DNA from: Candidatus Cloacimonadota bacterium
GTDB taxonomy: Bacteria; Cloacimonadota; Cloacimonadia; Cloacimonadales; WRIO01
Assembly (NCBI GenBank): GCA_029564175.1
Contig: JAKQQL010000440.1
Span: 9,155-73,154, forward strand
DNA length: 64,000 nucleotides
Direction: 5' to 3'
A model generated the notes under the pieces. That model saw nothing but the letters and a program-made list of their open reading frames with translations. It made no database searches and was not told where the DNA came from. The position numbers and the translations under genes were made by a program. Shown here piece after piece: positions 60,146 through 64,000 of the stretch (position 1 is its first letter; every line of letters starts with the position of its first letter).

Positions 60146-62050
60146 ATGAGAAAAACTTTACAATATCTGCTAATCCTGCTTACAGGGCTTCTGCTTTTAT
60201 CCTGCGATATGACCAGGACAAATCCTTATGATACCAATGTGATTATCCCTGCCCCGACTAATCTGACAGTAACTCCAATCGCTTACAATCAGATCAAATT
60301 AACCTGGCAGGATAATTGCAATGGAGAGCAGGGCTATAAGATATCCCGTAAAGTGGGCTCAGGTGCCTGGCAACAAAAAGCAATCTTAGTAGAAAATGTT
60401 AATGAGTGGACAGACATTGATGCACCATGTGGCGCTGAATACTATTATAAGATCGTTTGTTATGCTGATTTAAATTATTCTGCCTCAGTGGAAAAAAACT
60501 ATTCATTTCTTTTATCAACCCCAAGCAATTTGACCCTTACACCACAGACTGCTACTTCAATCAAGCTAATCTGGCAGGATACCAATCAGTTTGAACAGGG
60601 CTTTAAAATTTCAAGAAAAGTTGGTAATGGGGCTTGGGTAGAGGATATTGCGTCTGTGAATGCCAATGTGCTGGAATGGACAGATTCAAATGCACCAATT
60701 GGAAATCACTACTATTATCAGATCAAGGCTTATGCAGGCAGTAATGCCTCATCTGTAGCAGAACAAAACCATAATTTTATATTATCAGCTCCCACCAATT
60801 TGACTCTTACCCCTCAGTCAGTCACTTCAATTAAACTGACTTGGGAAGACAGTAATCAGTTTGAGCAGGGTTTTAAAATCTCCCGTAAGATTGGCAATGG
60901 CTTATGGCAGGAAGATTTTGCGATAGTGAATGCCAATGTATTTGAATGGATAGATTTAAATTCACCTTATGGGGTATCATATAGTTACAGAGTGAAAGCT
61001 TATGCAGGGACAGTTACCTCTCAATCAAATGAGCATACACAGAATTTTCTTTTATCAGCTCCCACTAATCTAAGCCTTGTGCCTCAGTCTGCCACTTCTA
61101 TCAAACTGATCTGGCAGTACAGTAATCAGTTTGAACAGGGTTTTAAGATTTCCCGTAAAATAGGCTCAGGCGCTTGGGAAGAAGATATTGCGACAGTGAA
61201 TGCCAATGTGATGGAATGGACTGATAATACATATAACTCAATTCAAAATTATGAGTATAAGGTCAGGGCATATTATCAAAATTATCAATCAGATTATTCA
61301 AATAATAGTATTTATTACTCACCATTAGTATTTGTTCAGGGAGGAACCTTCAATCTAGTGAGTAATTATACTGTAACACTTTCATCATACTATATTGGCA
61401 GATATGAAGTGACTAAGGCAGAGTGGGCGAGTGTGATGACAGGGAATAGCAATGGGATATCAGATACTTATCCCATAGATAAGGTTTCCTGGTATGGTAT
61501 CATGGTATATTGCAACCGGAGAAGTATTCAGGAAGGACTTTCTCCTTGCTATGGAAAAGGCGGAGATACAAATCCTGATAACTGGGGATCAGTACCAAAC
61601 AGTTTGGATGCTGAATGGAATGCGATAACGATGAATATGAATGTCGATGGATATAGACTGCCTACAGAGGCTGAGTGGCAATTTGCAGCCAGAGGGGGCA
61701 ACCAGTCACAGGCTTACTATTACTCTGGATCTAATACAGTTGGCAATGTGGCTTGGTATTATCAAAATTCAGGTAATACGACTCACCCTGTTCATACCAA
61801 AGCTCCTAACGAACTGGGTATTTATGATATGAGCGGTAATGTAAGTGAATGGTGCTGGGACTGGTATGATGATTATCCCCAAGGGTCTTTTACGGATCCG
61901 ATGGGGGTCGGCAATGGATCCTATCGTGTGGTACGGGGTGGGTGCTGGAACGACACAGAGAGTAGTTGTACTGTGTCTGATCGTGGTTTCAACAACCCCT
62001 ATGAACATAATAACTACAATGGCATTCGTATTCTCAGGCGTATTCCGTGA
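60146..62050 (+). CDS. Lipoprotein with four FN3 repeats and a C-terminal FGE-sulfatase (SUMF1, C-type-lectin-fold) domain
   Basis: Lipobox LLSC; four 'APTNL...IKLTWQD...EQGFKISRK' repeats; YEVT, YRLPTEAEWQFAARGG, PNELGIYDMSGNVSEWCWD, RVVRGG.W, GIR. Confidence 0.92.
   Translation: MRKTLQYLLILLTGLLLLSCDMTRTNPYDTNVIIPAPTNLTVTPIAYNQIKLTWQDNCNGEQGYKISRKVGSGAWQQKAILVENVNEWTDIDAPCGAEYYYKIVCYADLNYSASVEKNYSFLLSTPSNLTLTPQTATSIKLIWQDTNQFEQGFKISRKVGNGAWVEDIASVNANVLEWTDSNAPIGNHYYYQIKAYAGSNASSVAEQNHNFILSAPTNLTLTPQSVTSIKLTWEDSNQFEQGFKISRKIGNGLWQEDFAIVNANVFEWIDLNSPYGVSYSYRVKAYAGTVTSQSNEHTQNFLLSAPTNLSLVPQSATSIKLIWQYSNQFEQGFKISRKIGSGAWEEDIATVNANVMEWTDNTYNSIQNYEYKVRAYYQNYQSDYSNNSIYYSPLVFVQGGTFNLVSNYTVTLSSYYIGRYEVTKAEWASVMTGNSNGISDTYPIDKVSWYGIMVYCNRRSIQEGLSPCYGKGGDTNPDNWGSVPNSLDAEWNAITMNMNVDGYRLPTEAEWQFAARGGNQSQAYYYSGSNTVGNVAWYYQNSGNTTHPVHTKAPNELGIYDMSGNVSEWCWDWYDDYPQGSFTDPMGVGNGSYRVVRGGCWNDTESSCTVSDRGFNNPYEHNNYNGIRILRRIP
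60248..61320 (+). repeat. Intragenic tandem FN3 repeat (267/270/270-bp period)
   Basis: Unit starts at 60248, 60515, 60785 and 61055 with visible DNA-level similarity. Confidence 0.85.
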
Positions 62051-62089
62051 TTATTCGTTTTTAGCTTTTTACCTTTTCCTTGCGCTTCC

Positions 62090-62223
62090 GAGTCTGTGCA
62101 AAAACCTAAATTCCGTAGGAATTACCGAATGCTAGCCAGATGCGGAAGCATCTGGTATATAGTGTTTTACAAATCAAGCACCGTAGGTGCGACCGAATAA
62201 CAACTGTCTTTTTGCACAGTCTC
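62090..62223. mobile_element. 134-bp MITE with 15-bp terminal inverted repeats and 4-bp target-site duplication
   Basis: Left end gagtctgtgcaaaaa; right end tttttgcacagtctc (reverse complement gagactgtgcaaaaa, 14/15); TTCC directly flanks both ends (62086-89 and 62224-27). Confidence 0.8.
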
Positions 62224-62299
62224 TTCCACATCTGGCTGCCATTTGGTCACTGCTCTGCTGTTTTAGATGAACAGGTAAGAAACAGGTAGATTATTGAAC

Positions 62300-62558
62300 C
62301 TACGAAGATGACAGGGCTAGCACCCCCTTGGTGGTGTGTTGGATTATATTGCTACGAAGATGTCAGGGTTAAAGCCCCTGTGATGTTGTCATTTCGGGGT
62401 TAGGAATGTAGCGTTACATATGGTAATTTTAAAAAATCCGATTATAGTCACAAAAAAATGAGATAAATAAAAAGGGGCAGAGCCCTGTTGTCTAAACCAA
62501 GAACAGTTGTCTTTCTTATTCAATCCCATGTTATTAACATATCAGGGCTCTGCTCCTT
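62300..62558. repeat. Further REP-like direct and inverted repeats
   Basis: ctacgaagatg(a/t)caggg... at 62300 and 62352; inverted pair aaggggcagagccctg (62472-87) / cagggctctgctcctt (62543-58). Confidence 0.7.
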
Positions 62559-62691
62559 ACTCAAATATCATGGCTTTGTCTTTCAATTATGATTGTTGTG
62601 TTATTCTACAGGATAGATATGAGAATAAAAAGAGAAAATATTTGCATAAAAATGAAAAACGATTATATTATGAGCAGGGAGGTATCAGGAA

Positions 62692-63264
62692 ATGAGAATC
62701 TATTTTTCAGAAAAACCAAAAGACCTGCCGAAAAAATGGGGGGATTTGAATCTGGCATGGTATCAAAATGGCAATGTTTGTATCAGCCGGAAGAAGATTG
62801 AACATAAAACTCAGTTACAGAATATCAATATTGTAAAGATAAATCAGATTTGTAAAACGCTATGGGATTCACTTGATACGCACTTTAAGAATGATCTGGT
62901 AAAATATGCCAGTCAGTATAAAAAAGAGTATCCTGCACTGAGAAAACGAGGGGTTTCGGCATACAGTGTCTTTCTGATTGTGATACATGGCTTGCTCAGA
63001 AGATTTTCTATTCGGATTGAAGAGTCAGATAAGTGTATTTCTATATTTGAACGGCTTTTGCAGAATATAAGCGTTTTCAAACTGATACGGATAAAAATAC
63101 TCAAGCCTGTTACTATGAGTTATCGTTTAAATCATGAGAACTGGGGTTTTGATTTATCTGATAAACAGTTTGGTAACAGACTACAAAAATGCGATATTAT
63201 TCAAGCAGAATTCTTTGAATCCTCAGTGTCTGCAAAAGAGACTCAACTATCTGGATTTATATAA
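62692..63264 (+). CDS. Hypothetical basic protein
   Basis: 190-aa ORF with GGAGG upstream; no motif assigned. Confidence 0.65.
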   Translation: MRIYFSEKPKDLPKKWGDLNLAWYQNGNVCISRKKIEHKTQLQNINIVKINQICKTLWDSLDTHFKNDLVKYASQYKKEYPALRKRGVSAYSVFLIVIHGLLRRFSIRIEESDKCISIFERLLQNISVFKLIRIKILKPVTMSYRLNHENWGFDLSDKQFGNRLQKCDIIQAEFFESSVSAKETQLSGFI

Positions 63265-63494
63265 GAGTGTACTAAATAGCTGGTGAACCACGAAAAACAC
63301 AAAAAACACGAAAAAGAGGGCTTAAAATAAAGTATCGACTCAGGTACTTGTTTACAAAATAAGAGAGCTTTGAATTAGAAAAGGAAAAGATTTTAGAAGC
63401 GGATAACGCTGATTTTATGGATTATTTTATCAATCGACATCTGGCGTTTCTAAAACTGGTTATTATTTGAAGAGTCGAAGGTGTTCAGAATACA

Positions 63495-63580
63495 GTACAA
63501 CAATCATCCCTGATTGTTTAGATTGCAAACAGTGATGTTTGCAGTACGGGTAAAATTGCAAACAAGGTTGTTTGCAGTAC
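63495..63580. repeat. REP-like cluster (B followed by two inverted B')
   Basis: gtacaacaatcatccctgattgtt (63495-63518), tgcaaacagtgatgtttgcagtac (63524-47), tgcaaacaaggttgtttgcagtac (63557-80); same layout as 60034-60117. Confidence 0.82.
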
Positions 63581-63669
63581 GAGAATAATCAAAAAAACAT
63601 ACCCAAAAACTAATTTAAAAAAAAGCTTTACAAAAAAATGCCTTTAAAATAATTTTTGTCTTGAGGTAG

Positions 63670-63876
63670 ATGATGATGAATATTATGCTAAACGGTAATC
63701 CGTTTGAAATTGAAAATGCATTGACAGTCAATGAATTACTCGCTATAAAAAAATATACATTCCCAAATATCATAGTGCGCATAAATGATGTTTTTATTCA
63801 AAAAAATCAATATTCTGATACAATGATTCAGCCTGATGACAAAGTTCAGGTGATTCACATGATTAGCGGGGGATAA
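63670..63876 (+). CDS. thiS: Sulfur carrier protein, ThiS family
   Basis: About 66-68 aa ubiquitin-like protein 'IMLNG...TVNELL...IVRIND...D.VQVIHMISGG' ending in Gly-Gly. Exact start among three tandem ATGs is uncertain. Confidence 0.88.
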   Translation: MMMNIMLNGNPFEIENALTVNELLAIKKYTFPNIIVRINDVFIQKNQYSDTMIQPDDKVQVIHMISGG

Positions 63877-63890
63877 ACAACAATGAAATT

Positions 63891-64000
63891 TTCGCAAGCT
63901 GTTGTAGGGCAAGCAACCTGCTTGCCAACAAAACACATTCATTCGCAAGCTGTTGTAGGGCAAGCAACCTGCTTGCCAACAAAACACATTCATTCGCAAG
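63891..64000 (+). repeat. 51-bp tandem repeat containing a family A REP-like palindrome, running off the window
   Basis: Identical units start at 63891 and 63942, with a partial third at 63993; each full unit holds gtagggcaagcaacctgcttgcc. Confidence 0.9.

Noticed and set aside
63891..64000. Possible CRISPR array at the window end
   Set aside because: The intervening sequences are identical (a pure 51-bp tandem), the palindrome is a dispersed REP-like motif, and no cas genes are in the window.
62051..64000. DGR template repeat or reverse transcriptase downstream of the FGE gene
   Set aside because: I found no AAC-rich copy of the variable region, and the 190-aa ORF has no RT motifs.
1..64000. 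tRNA, rRNA or riboswitch genes
   Set aside because: None recognised by eye in the intergenic regions; a tRNAscan/Rfam run would be needed to exclude them formally.

Overview
An AT-rich, gene-dense chromosomal segment from an anaerobic diderm bacterium. My inference is Ca. Cloacimonadota (FCB group), from FlgD/T9SS-type C-terminal domains, PorV-like barrels, butyrate kinase, an [FeFe]-hydrogenase and a GGGPS/DGGGPS cluster. About 50 CDS are present, and I saw no rRNA, tRNA, CRISPR array or intact transposase. Housekeeping blocks are yggT-divIVA-PNP-dksA-like-lspA, purA, lepA, rpmF-plsX-fabH-fabD-fabG-acpP-fabF-rnc, pdp and tpx; rpmF is missing from the ORF track. Main points: (1) an 8-gene operon whose first three genes encode the archaeal-type isoprenoid ether-lipid core (polyprenyl synthase, DGGGPS, group II GGGPS), followed by unexplained phosphatase, SDR, methyltransferase, flippase-like and MoxR genes, about 17 kb from a bacterial fatty-acid/PlsX cluster; (2) adjacent [FeFe]-hydrogenase and Cys-type formate dehydrogenase genes without local flavin partner subunits, with the FDH keeping a SECIS-like hairpin; (3) an orphan hybrid CheA in an operon with an anti-sigma kinase/STAS pair; (4) an accessory right end (55.6-64 kb) of surface proteins, including a possible DGR target, interleaved with several REP-like palindrome families, 9-bp-period triplet repeats and a 134-bp MITE with TIRs and a 4-bp target duplication. 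All calls come from reading motifs by eye; no searches were run.
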